Positions 9,711-19,835 of a stretch of 32,000 bases of DNA are shown one piece after another. The stretch is from Candidatus Jordarchaeales archaeon (GTDB lineage Archaea; Asgardarchaeota; Jordiarchaeia; Jordiarchaeales; Freyrarchaeaceae). The stretch's first letter is position 1, and every line of letters starts with the position of its first letter. The stretch covers positions 90,001 through 122,000 of the forward strand of contig JAWCFL010000001.1 in assembly GCA_038858525.1 (NCBI GenBank), read 5' to 3'. The notes beneath the pieces are model-generated. The model was not told the DNA's origin. It did not search any database and saw nothing but the letters and a program-made list of their open reading frames with translations. A program made the position numbers and the translations under genes.

Positions 9711-10511
9711 TTAGGGAAGCGAGAACCTGTTGGCCACAAATCGTGTAAAGTCCGTTTTTGTGAGGATTCCTATGAGGCGGCCTTCTTTGTTTACTACTGG
9801 GGACGCCTTAATTTTTTCTTTGACGAACTTCTCAACGGCAGCGCTTATCTTTTCGTCGGGATGCAGGGGTGATATTTTCTTCATTACATTTGAAACTTCT
9901 ATTTGTTTTATGCGTGTCATCTGATATTTCTCCGGAACGCTGTCACGAAACTCAGCTAGATATCTTGCAATCATGCCTTCAGTTATTAGTCCGACAAGTC
10001 TTCCTTCCTCGATAACGGGCAGACTGCTTATCTTTTTTTCGAGCATTATACGTCTCGCATTGGTTATTCTTTCATATGGAGGTATTGTTATCGGGTTAGG
10101 GGTCATAAGTTGTGATACCGTGACGTTTTTCACCTTTGAGCATAATTTGGTCATCGTAGACTTTGTGACAAGTCCCACAAGTTCCTCCTTATCCACGACT
10201 GGGAGACCCGAAATTCTTTTCTCCAGCATGATTCTTGCTGCGTCTACGATGTCCGATTCAGGGGGAACAGTTATCGGGTTAAGAGTCATCGCGCTTGAAA
10301 CATGTATGCTGGATGCTTGAAGAGCTCCTAACCTGCTCGAACCTAATCTGTCAAGTATATCTCTTTCGGTTAATACCCCAATGAGTCTTCCTTCGTTAAG
10401 TACCAAGAGACGCGAAACCCTGTTCTTTACCATGAGGTCTATTGCGAAGGAAAGAGATGCGTCTTTGTCTATAACTATAAGGTCCTTCGTCATAACCTCT
10501 TTAACTAACAA
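9711..10511 (-). CDS. Protein with four CBS domains
   Basis: Four repeats of the VxEVMT...I..LPV...LVGI(L/V)T pattern. Confidence 0.92.
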   Translation of the reverse strand: MLVKEVMTKDLIVIDKDASLSFAIDLMVKNRVSRLLVLNEGRLIGVLTERDILDRLGSSRLGALQASSIHVSSAMTLNPITVPPESDIVDAARIMLEKRISGLPVVDKEELVGLVTKSTMTKLCSKVKNVTVSQLMTPNPITIPPYERITNARRIMLEKKISSLPVIEEGRLVGLITEGMIARYLAEFRDSVPEKYQMTRIKQIEVSNVMKKISPLHPDEKISAAVEKFVKEKIKASPVVNKEGRLIGILTKTDFTRFVANRFSLP

Positions 10512-10651
10512 ATGATTTCACCCTTGATGAATATAATACCTTTTTGAGAACCATTCATCCGGCGTTTTATTAATCTTTTGAAAGAAAACCAGATAATAAA
10601 GTGAGGGAGGCGTTTATATTTATTTTAGAAACTAACTTTTAGGGGGTCCTA

Positions 10652-13075
10652 GTGGGCGCAGGATCCATTTCATACGTCCAGGTCGCCTTGATGATTGTTT
10701 TAATAACGTTTAGTGTTGTTGGATTAAGATTGGGAAAGGAGTCTTTGGGGGTTTTTCATAAGGGAGCGTATTATAAGCGCTTCAGGTGGGTTCTAGCTTC
10801 AACACTTAAGGTTACTTCTTTGCCTGTTCAGGTTTCCCGTGGAGAGGGAGGAAAACATGAAAACGCTCTTTTTTATCCGTTTCAGCATCTCACATCCATT
10901 TGGCATGAAGTGGATGAAGTAAGCTACGAGTTAAGGGCGACTGGGAAAGAGTTGACCGTGTTTTTCCATGTTTTCGGTAAAGGGTTCACGCTAATTAAGG
11001 CTACAAGAAAATTAAAAAGAGCATTGCTTTCTGTGAAGTCAAGTTTGGAGGCACGATTTCCGGGTCTTGTTCTTTCGATTCCGTCACCTGAGGAGTTTAG
11101 AGAAATTTTTAAGTTGCATCAGGGGAAGCCTGCGTCTTCAAAGAAAAAAACGCTGACAGTGGTTCTCCCGAGTAAAGAGAGAAAGATTTGCGTTTTAACA
11201 GTCTCAGGCGGAATAGACACTACCGCTTACAGTGGGTTAACCCAAATAGACATGCTTGCAAGGGGGCTCGTCCAGCTGGATGCCGATGCCAGTTTTGTGG
11301 TTTGTTTCAAGCCGGCGAAAAAGAAGTTTGGTATAATCGGAGGAGACAACCTGGCACGATCTGAGAAGACTACAGGATTGTGGAGTGTATCATGCTATAC
11401 GTTACTTGAATTGGATGAAAACGAAAGGGACTTGGAATTTAAAACATTGCAGGTTAAAAACATATTGTCAACGGTTTTTTCTAGCTCAGCTGATAGGTTG
11501 AAAGTTAAAGTGGTGAGCGGAAGTACCCTAAAAAGAAAGTATTCCACTATTGCTATGAGGAGGTTTTTTGGGAGGTCCTTTGAGCTTTCAAGCTTAAAGC
11601 TCTCAGCTTTAACGCATTTACCCACAAAGGGAGTTCCAGGTTTAAACTTGAAGGTTAAGCCTGAATTTAGCATTCCTCCCGAGAAAATTTTTCAAGGAGA
11701 TGGAGTAAAAGTAGGGTATGTCATTTTCGAAGATAAAAAAATTTTTCCATTCAATCTTAAACTAGAACACCTCAGAAAAGGTGTGGCTGTTTTGGGGGCT
11801 ATTGGTAGCGGCAAAACACGCATGATAATGAAAGTTGCCCAAGATGTTGCCGCTAATTACAGAATACCGGTTCTCATATTCGAAAGTAAAGGAGAGTTCG
11901 CTTCTCTTATAGAAAGACTTCCTCCTGATATGCTTGAAAAAGTCATCATTTTGAGGCCGGGTAGTACATATGCACCATTAAAAATAAATTTGTTTGACCC
12001 AGGAGAAATGATGCCTGAAGAGTATGCCCGCCGCCTTTTTGGATTACTTAACGCCGTCTTTCGCTCCCTGTTTAGGGAGGACAGCGAACTAACAGTCCAA
12101 ATGTCGAGAGTGTTGAGTGATGTTCTTCCTGAAGTTTTAAGAAACGAGGAAACCAGGAGCATTGAGGGATTTCTACGCGTTTTGAGAGATTATGGCAAAC
12201 GGGAGGAAAAAAATCCAAACATTTATAGTACTATTAGTGCTTTAGAGGCAAGGATGAACATTTTCCTTAGAGGAATGCTCGGCGAGGTTTTCAACACCAG
12301 GAGTTCTAATGTGAGTATTGAGGAGTTAATGAGAAATGTGACCATTGTAGATTTCAGTTATCTCTTTTCAAATGGAGGAAATAAAGAGGATGCGCAACTA
12401 ATAATGAACTTGTTAATGCTTCACGTTTTCCAATCAGGGTTAAAGCGGGTGAACGTAAACATGCTTTCACATCTAGTAATAGTTGACGATGCCAGATTTT
12501 TAATTCCAGAAGTCTTCGTGAGACGTAGCACAAGCGACACTACAGCGATCGAGGACATGATTACCCTTGAGAGGGGGAAGGGACAAGGGTTAATACTGAT
12601 TTGCCAAGACCCTTCGGTATCACGTATAGCGCTTGCCAACTGTAACACGAGAATAGTTTTTAGACTTTCCTTTAAGTCACAATCCGAAGAAGAATTTATT
12701 AGGATGTCACTTAACCTTCCCGAAGAGCAAAGAGAGTTCTTACTGACACAACCTAACCGTTCGGCTCTAGTGAAAATTCCAGAGTTTCCGCATCCCTTCC
12801 CAATAATAACGAATGAATACAATATAAAAGAGGTCACCCCGACTATAATAGAAAAGCACAACAGAACATACCATCCATACTTATTCAAGAATAGTGAAGA
12901 ACTTAATGTTGACCATTTTTTAGAATGGGTGGCAAGCATGGGTTCTGTCACTTTAGAGCAAGCAGCAAGACAGATAAAGGTGAAAATGAGTGACGTGATT
13001 GAGCTGATAGGAAAGCTAGAAAAAGAGGGATATTTAGCACTAAAAGATGGAAAAATTTTCATAAAAAGTTCTTGA
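10652..13075 (+). CDS. HerA/VirB4/VirD4-like (DUF87) P-loop ATPase with an N-terminal TM helix and a C-terminal winged helix
   Basis: Walker A GAIGSGKT; Walker B-like LVIVDDA; CQDPS and ANCNTRIVFRL motifs typical of the FtsK-HerA superfamily. Confidence 0.85.
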   Translation: MGAGSISYVQVALMIVLITFSVVGLRLGKESLGVFHKGAYYKRFRWVLASTLKVTSLPVQVSRGEGGKHENALFYPFQHLTSIWHEVDEVSYELRATGKELTVFFHVFGKGFTLIKATRKLKRALLSVKSSLEARFPGLVLSIPSPEEFREIFKLHQGKPASSKKKTLTVVLPSKERKICVLTVSGGIDTTAYSGLTQIDMLARGLVQLDADASFVVCFKPAKKKFGIIGGDNLARSEKTTGLWSVSCYTLLELDENERDLEFKTLQVKNILSTVFSSSADRLKVKVVSGSTLKRKYSTIAMRRFFGRSFELSSLKLSALTHLPTKGVPGLNLKVKPEFSIPPEKIFQGDGVKVGYVIFEDKKIFPFNLKLEHLRKGVAVLGAIGSGKTRMIMKVAQDVAANYRIPVLIFESKGEFASLIERLPPDMLEKVIILRPGSTYAPLKINLFDPGEMMPEEYARRLFGLLNAVFRSLFREDSELTVQMSRVLSDVLPEVLRNEETRSIEGFLRVLRDYGKREEKNPNIYSTISALEARMNIFLRGMLGEVFNTRSSNVSIEELMRNVTIVDFSYLFSNGGNKEDAQLIMNLLMLHVFQSGLKRVNVNMLSHLVIVDDARFLIPEVFVRRSTSDTTAIEDMITLERGKGQGLILICQDPSVSRIALANCNTRIVFRLSFKSQSEEEFIRMSLNLPEEQREFLLTQPNRSALVKIPEFPHPFPIITNEYNIKEVTPTIIEKHNRTYHPYLFKNSEELNVDHFLEWVASMGSVTLEQAARQIKVKMSDVIELIGKLEKEGYLALKDGKIFIKSS

Positions 13076-13101
13076 AGGAAAATGAATAATGATGGTAATA
13101 C

Positions 13102-14346
13102 TTATTTCGCCTTCGAAGTTGCACGTAAATACGCTTTCTTGAGAGCTTCTATTGCCGGGAGCTTCTCACCTGCAAGCAAAGACAACATTGCTTTTCCACC
13201 AGTACTTACATAGCTTATTTTTGTTGAAAGACCGAATTTTTCTAAGGCTTCAAGCGTATGTCCCCCTCCAGCCAGAGAGAAACCTCCGGATTCTGCAACC
13301 GCCTTAAGAAGCTCCTTTGTCCCCTTACTAAACTTGTCGTCCTCGTAAACTCCCGCTGGACCATTTATCACAAGTGTTTTCGCTTCACGTAATATCTCCG
13401 CGAACCTTGAAATGGTTTGTTCACCTAAATCCTTGATTTGGGAGTTATGTGGAAGAGAGTTTACTTCAGCTTCTACCCGTTTACCATTCACATCCAACGC
13501 AAAGTCCAACGGAAGCTCAATTTTATCGCCAAAAACACTTATCAACTTGCGTATCTGTTCAACGTATTCTGACGCACCCTTAGAAATTAACAGGCGTTTA
13601 TTTACTTCACCTACATCTATTCCTTTCGCCGCTACAAATGCAACAGCCAGTAGTCCAGTTAAAAGTACCCTGTCAGCTATACCCGTCTTTAAGGCATGCT
13701 CTATGACCTTATAGCTATCGTCAACCTTTGCTCCCCCAAGAAGGTATACGCAAGGTCTTTCGGGATCATTCATGATGGATGAAAGAGCCTTCACTTCAGC
13801 TTCCATGACTCTCCCGGCCACCGATGGCAGAACCTCGGTGAAAGCTATAAGGGACACGTGGCTTCGGTGAGCTGCCGGAAAGGCATCATTAACGAAAATA
13901 TCAGACACCGCGGAAAGATTTTGAACCAATCTTGTTTTCAACTGCTCTTTAACGTCTTTTACCTTGGTCTCCTCGCTAGCAAACCTAACGTTTTCGAGAA
14001 AAAGTATCTCAGAAGGCTTTAGCCGCCTGATGGCTGAAATAGCCTTATCTCCATATATGTCATCAACATACCCGACTTCGACTCCAAGCATTTCACTTGC
14101 AATCTCGGCATGTCGCTTCAATGATACAAAGTCACTTTCTCCCTCACGTCCCTGATGAGAAAGAACGACGACCCTTGCATCTTTTTCCGCCAGTTCAAGT
14201 AAGGTCTCGCCATGCCGTTTAATCTTAGTTACCTCTTTAAGAGCTCCGGTTTCTGGGTCTATAGGTGAGTTTATATCAACTCTGACTAGAGCTGTCTTAC
14301 CATCGAAGGAGAAGTCATCTAAGGTGAAGAATTCTTTGTTCATCAA
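13102..14346 (-). CDS. pgk: Phosphoglycerate kinase
   Basis: LVRVDINSP, LSHQGR, FLENVRF, NDAFPAAHRSH, LGGAKVDD, GGGHT, VSTGGKA motifs. Confidence 0.98.
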   Translation of the reverse strand: MMNKEFFTLDDFSFDGKTALVRVDINSPIDPETGALKEVTKIKRHGETLLELAEKDARVVVLSHQGREGESDFVSLKRHAEIASEMLGVEVGYVDDIYGDKAISAIRRLKPSEILFLENVRFASEETKVKDVKEQLKTRLVQNLSAVSDIFVNDAFPAAHRSHVSLIAFTEVLPSVAGRVMEAEVKALSSIMNDPERPCVYLLGGAKVDDSYKVIEHALKTGIADRVLLTGLLAVAFVAAKGIDVGEVNKRLLISKGASEYVEQIRKLISVFGDKIELPLDFALDVNGKRVEAEVNSLPHNSQIKDLGEQTISRFAEILREAKTLVINGPAGVYEDDKFSKGTKELLKAVAESGGFSLAGGGHTLEALEKFGLSTKISYVSTGGKAMLSLLAGEKLPAIEALKKAYLRATSKAK

Positions 14347-14502
14347 GAGACCTCCTCAACTCGCGCCCGAAGCTAAGCCTAATAAGACTCTCTTTTTCTT
14401 AAAAATTTTTCAGCAGAAGACGAAAAAGCACTTTTGGCTAAAAACGAGTGAAATCGAGAAAATAAAGGCAAAATAAAAAAAGACGCAATGGAGGGATGAA
14501 CA

Positions 14503-15642
14503 ATATTTCTTGCTTCAACCGGGATAGGAAGCCACCCTATAGGAGACCTTCAAAAAGTAGTTAAAGACATATTAGCATCCGGAATAAATGTCCCGTATAT
14601 GCCTCAATCGGTAAATGACAACATGATATACCAGTTTCATAACATGATCCCTGGACTAGTTTTCCGAGATGGAAATGTGTTTTTAGATCTCTCCACCATA
14701 GAGAGAATGAGGAGCTTTCAAGTCTTTAAGGGGGAGCTTGAACTGAAGAGCACGTACTTATTACCTTCAGGAGTGCCGGTAAGACGAGAGTTCATAGAAG
14801 GCCTTTACGTTCTTCAACAAGAGCTAGAGGCGGCGAAGCCAAAAATTTGGGGCGTAAAAGGGGAAATCACAGGACCATTAACAGAGGCATACAGCGTAAC
14901 AATACTTCCCAAGCATGATAAAGCGATACATGAAGATTATATTTTTGATGTGGTTCTTAAAACGACGTGCGAAGTTGCGTCATGGATTTCATCGAAAATA
15001 ACGGAGATCACTAAGAAGATGGCGGGTAAAAACGGATTGCCAATTCTTTTTATTGATGAACCACTCCTCCCACTCGTTCTCAGAGAACATGACGCTGAAA
15101 CGGTTAGAGAAGCCTTAGAGCAGGTTCTCAGAAGAGTCAAATGTAGGAAAGGAGTGCACGTGTGTGATGAACCAGTATCAGTGATAGACATGATACTTGA
15201 ACTTGAAGTTGACTACTTTTCATTTGACTTGATAAAATACCCCAAAACGCTAGAAATGGCTGACAAAGAACGGCTTAAAATACATGTTGACGAAGGAAGA
15301 GGGGTCGCTTTTGGCGCCACACCAAACACGCCAGAATCCATAATGGATGACGAAACACTATATAGAGCTCACAAAGGAGAAGTGAGCGTTGAAACTTTCC
15401 TTCCAACACCTCAAAAAATCGCCAATACGGTAGTTAATAGCTTAGAGTCAGTAAGAGGGAAAGTTAACGTCGAAGAACTCGCTATAAATTCATTGATAAC
15501 GCCACAATGCGGCTTCAGAAGTTTCAATGTACCAAATCCCGAGGAAGGAGAGAAAACCGTAAGAAAACTTTTAGAAAGACAAGAGAAGGCGGCACAAATA
15601 ATCCGTAAAAAATACGGAGTTAGTAGAACAGACGAACAATGA
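14503..15642 (+). CDS. Cobalamin-independent methionine synthase catalytic-core-like protein (MetE C-terminal/URO-D fold), probable ATA start
   Basis: LFIDEP, GVHVCD and ITPQCGF Zn-ligand motifs; the family-like N-terminus FLASTGIGSHP...VPYMPQ lies in frame upstream of ATG 14599 and begins at ATA 14503, 7 nt after GGAGGG. Confidence 0.8.
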   Translation: MFLASTGIGSHPIGDLQKVVKDILASGINVPYMPQSVNDNMIYQFHNMIPGLVFRDGNVFLDLSTIERMRSFQVFKGELELKSTYLLPSGVPVRREFIEGLYVLQQELEAAKPKIWGVKGEITGPLTEAYSVTILPKHDKAIHEDYIFDVVLKTTCEVASWISSKITEITKKMAGKNGLPILFIDEPLLPLVLREHDAETVREALEQVLRRVKCRKGVHVCDEPVSVIDMILELEVDYFSFDLIKYPKTLEMADKERLKIHVDEGRGVAFGATPNTPESIMDDETLYRAHKGEVSVETFLPTPQKIANTVVNSLESVRGKVNVEELAINSLITPQCGFRSFNVPNPEEGEKTVRKLLERQEKAAQIIRKKYGVSRTDEQ

Positions 15643-15644
15643 GC

Positions 15645-16892
15645 TCATGCCCCATACTTTTTAGATAAACCCAAGTAATCAATGAGTATTGGCATTAAGA
15701 AGCGCGCTTGTATTCTGCCAAGTCCACCTTTAGCGCAGTCCCTTTCACTGAAGCGTTTAACATCATCAGACCTAATCCCTGGACCAGCTATTGCTACAGG
15801 TACAGGCTCCCCGGTATGATCCTTAACTAAGACCGGGGTAGTATGATCGGCTGTTAGAACTAAGTATGTACGGTCTAGTTCAACAGAGTCCAAAAGAAGA
15901 CTGACAAGTTTATCGGCTTTTTCTATCATAAATATCTTCTTTTCTAAGTCCCCATCATGACTAGCACTGTCAGTCCCCTTAATGTGAAGAAATACGAGGT
16001 CATATTCGTCTAGAAGCTTCAATGCCGCATGCCCCATTGCATTTATGTCTGTGTCGAAGCTCCCTGTCACACCTTTGACTTCTATTACGTCCATACCAGC
16101 AGCTTTACAGACACCCCTAACTAAAGCGTTCGCCACGATGCATGCTGCTCTTAAACCATAAAGTTCTCTAAGAGAAGCCATATTAGGCAACCTTCCAGCT
16201 CCTCGAAGCAGAAGTATGTTTGCTGGACGTAAGCCCTTTTTTTCCCTCTCAAAGTTAAGAGGATGCCTTCGAAGAGACTCATAAGAGTACATTGTGAATT
16301 CATTAACCACGCTTGCGGTCTTTTTGGCTTCAGGAGTAGAATCCAGTGGAATAGCTTGCATGACACTACCTTCCTTATGCGGGTCTGTGTCTGACACCAT
16401 ATGGGAGAGACCTAAACCTCTTAGAACCACAACGCACCTGTGCTCTGTCGTATGTTTAACGGTGACTTCGACGTCCGGGAAAAGTTTTGAACGGTATCCA
16501 TTAAGTGATTTTGCCAGCACGTCGCCTTCCGGAAGGGATCTGCCAGCACGTCGATCTAACACTTTCATGTCTTCTCCAACAGTCGCAAAATTAGCTCTAA
16601 ACGCTACATCATCACTACTAATGTTTATGCCTGCTCCCAAGGCTTCCAGTCCTCCTCGCCCCCGGTAAACTGCATATGGATCATATCCAAAGAGGGAAAG
16701 GTGAGCTACATCGCTTCCTGGAGGGACGCCGGGGGATATAATGTCAAGAATACCGCAGATGCCTATTTCAGCCAGCTTGTCCATCCCAGGCTTTGATGCC
16801 ACTTCTAGGGGAGTTAAACCACCAATAGAAGTAATAGGCCTATCAGCTAATCCATCAACCACAATGAAAACCACGTTTTTCCTTTCACTCAA
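15645..16892 (-). CDS. apgM: 2,3-bisphosphoglycerate-independent phosphoglycerate mutase, archaeal type
   Basis: VVDGLADRP, PGSDVAHLSLFGYDP, RGGLEALG, KGTDSASHDGD, TADHTTP; start trimmed to TTG at 16892 after AAGGTGA. Confidence 0.95.
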   Translation of the reverse strand: MSERKNVVFIVVDGLADRPITSIGGLTPLEVASKPGMDKLAEIGICGILDIISPGVPPGSDVAHLSLFGYDPYAVYRGRGGLEALGAGINISSDDVAFRANFATVGEDMKVLDRRAGRSLPEGDVLAKSLNGYRSKLFPDVEVTVKHTTEHRCVVVLRGLGLSHMVSDTDPHKEGSVMQAIPLDSTPEAKKTASVVNEFTMYSYESLRRHPLNFEREKKGLRPANILLLRGAGRLPNMASLRELYGLRAACIVANALVRGVCKAAGMDVIEVKGVTGSFDTDINAMGHAALKLLDEYDLVFLHIKGTDSASHDGDLEKKIFMIEKADKLVSLLLDSVELDRTYLVLTADHTTPVLVKDHTGEPVPVAIAGPGIRSDDVKRFSERDCAKGGLGRIQARFLMPILIDYLGLSKKYGA

Positions 16893-17037
16893 GCAGTTCA
16901 CCTTCTTCTTAATTTCAGAAGCAAGTATTGCTACCGTGATTTTAAAGCACATTGGCTTTCAAAATCTTTTCCCAAAGGTCTCAATAAAAAATTTTTAAAA
17001 AGCGAATCAATGTAAAATAGCAACACTCCGGACGTGA

Positions 17038-18327
17038 ATGTTGATGCTACTTGAAAATGAAGAAGAACTTATAGAAAACTACAATAGGATCCCTGAAGTT
17101 ATCCCACCAAACTTGCCTGAGAGAGTTTACATATGGGACGAAACGTTAAGAGACGGAGAGCAAACCCCGGGCGTTTTCCTTACCGTGGAAGAAAAAGTAG
17201 AGATCGCTAAACTTCTAGATGAAGTAGGAGTAAGCGTTATTGTCCCAGGCTACCCTGCGGTATCAAGAACAGAAAAAGAGGCCGTAAAAAGGATAACTAG
17301 TGAAAACTTGAGCAACGCCTTGGTGGCAGCTCCAGCGAGGCCAAGAAAAGAGGACATAGACTTGTGTCTAGAATGCAATGTGGATGAAATACCCATCTTT
17401 ATGCCGACAAGCAGACTCATGATGAAATACTCCCTAAACAAGACTCTTCAAGAAGCAGTAGAGATGATTTCTGATGCTATTTCCTACACATTAGACCACG
17501 ATGTAAAAGTAGATTTTGTCGCCGAGGATGCGTCACGAGCAAAAATGGAAGATTTGATATATATATCTAAAGTAATTGCAGAAGCTGGAGCGAGTAAAAT
17601 AATAATAGCAGACACCGTAGGGGTTATGCGTCCTCTCTCAATGAAGTACTTAATAAGTAGTTTGCGTGCAGCGCTCAAGGATCACAAAATAGAGTTTGCA
17701 GTCCATTGCCATAACGACTTAGGCTTAGCCACAGCGAACACGCTAGCAGCCGTCGAGGAAGGCGTCATCTATCCTCATACGTGCGTAAACGGTTATGGCG
17801 AAAGAGCCGGTAATGCTGCCTTTGAAGAGATAGTCGTTGCCCTAGAAGTGCTATACGGAGTTAAAACTGGAATAAAAATGGAGAAAATCTATGAGTTATC
17901 TCAATTCGTGGAGCGCTGCTTTGACATTCCCGTCCCTCTTCACAAACCATTAGTGGGGGGAAACGCGTTTACCCATGAAAGTGGCATACACGTTCGTGCA
18001 CTTTTACATCATAAGCTAACCTATCAACCGATACTACCAGAAACAATAGGTAGAAAAACAGAATTTCTTCTAGGAAAATTCACTGGCAGCGGCATAATAC
18101 GTTACATGCTTAAAAGTAGAGGAATAGAGGTCACCGAAGAACAGCTCAAGGAAATAGTTGAACGAGTCAAAGAACTACAAGAAAGCAGAGGCAAGGTAGT
18201 CGCAAAAGAGGCGTTTTCAAAAGTTAAACAGCTTTTAAGGGAGGTCAGAAGAAATGTCTCTGAAAAAGAGCTCTTAGATATAGTTAACGAAGTCTTACGA
18301 GAAGGAAAAGTACAAGCCGGAGGATAA
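17038..18327 (+). CDS. LeuA-family synthase (homocitrate/citramalate/isopropylmalate synthase, AksA-like) without a regulatory domain
   Basis: DETLRDGEQTPG, HCHNDLGLATAN, NGYGERAGNA, FTHESGIH, GKFTG motifs. Confidence 0.9.
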   Translation: MLMLLENEEELIENYNRIPEVIPPNLPERVYIWDETLRDGEQTPGVFLTVEEKVEIAKLLDEVGVSVIVPGYPAVSRTEKEAVKRITSENLSNALVAAPARPRKEDIDLCLECNVDEIPIFMPTSRLMMKYSLNKTLQEAVEMISDAISYTLDHDVKVDFVAEDASRAKMEDLIYISKVIAEAGASKIIIADTVGVMRPLSMKYLISSLRAALKDHKIEFAVHCHNDLGLATANTLAAVEEGVIYPHTCVNGYGERAGNAAFEEIVVALEVLYGVKTGIKMEKIYELSQFVERCFDIPVPLHKPLVGGNAFTHESGIHVRALLHHKLTYQPILPETIGRKTEFLLGKFTGSGIIRYMLKSRGIEVTEEQLKEIVERVKELQESRGKVVAKEAFSKVKQLLREVRRNVSEKELLDIVNEVLREGKVQAGG

Positions 18328-18402
18328 TATTACAATTACAGAACGAAGACAAAAAGAGCTTCGAACCTCCCTTCTTAACTCGAAGTGAGAAGTAGCATGA
18401 AG

Positions 18403-19722
18403 CTATTTGAAGAAAATGGCTCTGCCGATACCATAATATGTCTTTACTCTGGAATATGGTGATAAAATATTTCTGCCGTCTATTACTATTGTGTCTTCTG
18501 GTAAATCGATATTCCGAAAGGCATCATGATCTGTGGCGATTATTATGCAGTCTCTTTTCCTAATTGCTTCATTTATGCTTTGAGCCACTTTAACTCCTTC
18601 ACCTTCCACTTTTTTCAGTAACGGGTCATATACTATAATATCGTATATTCCTTTTTTGCGTAGTAAGTCTATTATTTTGAGAGCAGGAGAGTTACGTGTG
18701 TCCTTTAAGTTTCTCTTATACCCTAAACCCAAAACAGATATTTTAGCATCTGAAGCACGAATTCCCTTCTTTTCTATCGCCTTAACTGCCAAGTCTACGA
18801 CATGAGCAGGCATAGAATCATTTATACTTCTTGCCGCCTCTAGAAGAGAGGTGTCGATGCTCATTCTCTTTCCGACACTTATTAACATGCAGGTAGCTGG
18901 CCCTATGCAATACCCGCCAACGCCACACCCCGGCTTCATCCTTATAAAGTTCCATTTTGTCGCGGCAGCATTCAAAGCTTCCTCTATATCTACACCCAGT
19001 TTTTCAGCGATCAAAGCGAATAAATTAGTTAACGCTATGTTGACATCCCTTTGCGCATTCTCCATCACCTTAACCAGTTCAGCCGTGGTAGCCGTGGAAA
19101 CTTTAACTACTTTATCGGTGATTTGATTGTAAAGCCAGTATGCCGCCTCACTTGAAACTTCGTCTACACCACCCACCACCTTCGGAATGTTCCAAATCTT
19201 ATGGTTTGAATTTCCGACGTCTATCCTTTCCGGCGAGAAAGCCAGCAAGAAATCCTTCCCAGCCCTTAAACCCGTTGCATTTTCAAGCATGGGTTTTATT
19301 AATCCTTCCGTAGTTCCTGGTGGAACGGTGCTCTCAGTAATAAGCAACTTTCCACGAACACCTCCTTTAATAATAGAATTGTAAGCAGAAACCAAGCAGC
19401 TTAAATCAAAATCAGTAGTACCCGTAGCGTGAGTAGGAACTGTGACAATGACCACATCTCCAAGAGAAGAAGCCTCGGCGATATCTGTACTAAAGGTCAT
19501 GCATGACCCATAACGCTTTAGCACATCTGATACCCAGAGCTCCTCATCAATGTAGTTTACACCTTGTCTTAATGCGTCCACCTTTGATTTATCAGTATCA
19601 AAACCATAAATCCTGAATCCCTTCCACGCGAAGACGCAAGCAACGCTAAGTCCAACATATCCAAGTCCCACGACGGAAATTGCAACCTGTTTCTGTTTAA
19701 TCCTCTCAATTAACTCCTCCAT
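18403..19722 (-). CDS. wecC: UDP-N-acetylhexosamine 6-dehydrogenase (WecC/WbpA family)
   Basis: GLGYVG Rossmann motif, ESTVPPGTT, FSPERID, ENAQRDVNIA, GVGGYCI, GLGYKRN...DTRNSP. Confidence 0.85.
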   Translation of the reverse strand: MEELIERIKQKQVAISVVGLGYVGLSVACVFAWKGFRIYGFDTDKSKVDALRQGVNYIDEELWVSDVLKRYGSCMTFSTDIAEASSLGDVVIVTVPTHATGTTDFDLSCLVSAYNSIIKGGVRGKLLITESTVPPGTTEGLIKPMLENATGLRAGKDFLLAFSPERIDVGNSNHKIWNIPKVVGGVDEVSSEAAYWLYNQITDKVVKVSTATTAELVKVMENAQRDVNIALTNLFALIAEKLGVDIEEALNAAATKWNFIRMKPGCGVGGYCIGPATCMLISVGKRMSIDTSLLEAARSINDSMPAHVVDLAVKAIEKKGIRASDAKISVLGLGYKRNLKDTRNSPALKIIDLLRKKGIYDIIVYDPLLKKVEGEGVKVAQSINEAIRKRDCIIIATDHDAFRNIDLPEDTIVIDGRNILSPYSRVKTYYGIGRAIFFK

Positions 19723-19835
19723 TTATTGTTCCTCCTATTGAAAAAGGAAACTTAATGAGCGGAATAATTCACTTGAAAGGACGAAAAGAAAAAAGAATAA
19801 ATAACCTTTAGTCCGAAAGCTCTCTTAGGCAACGT

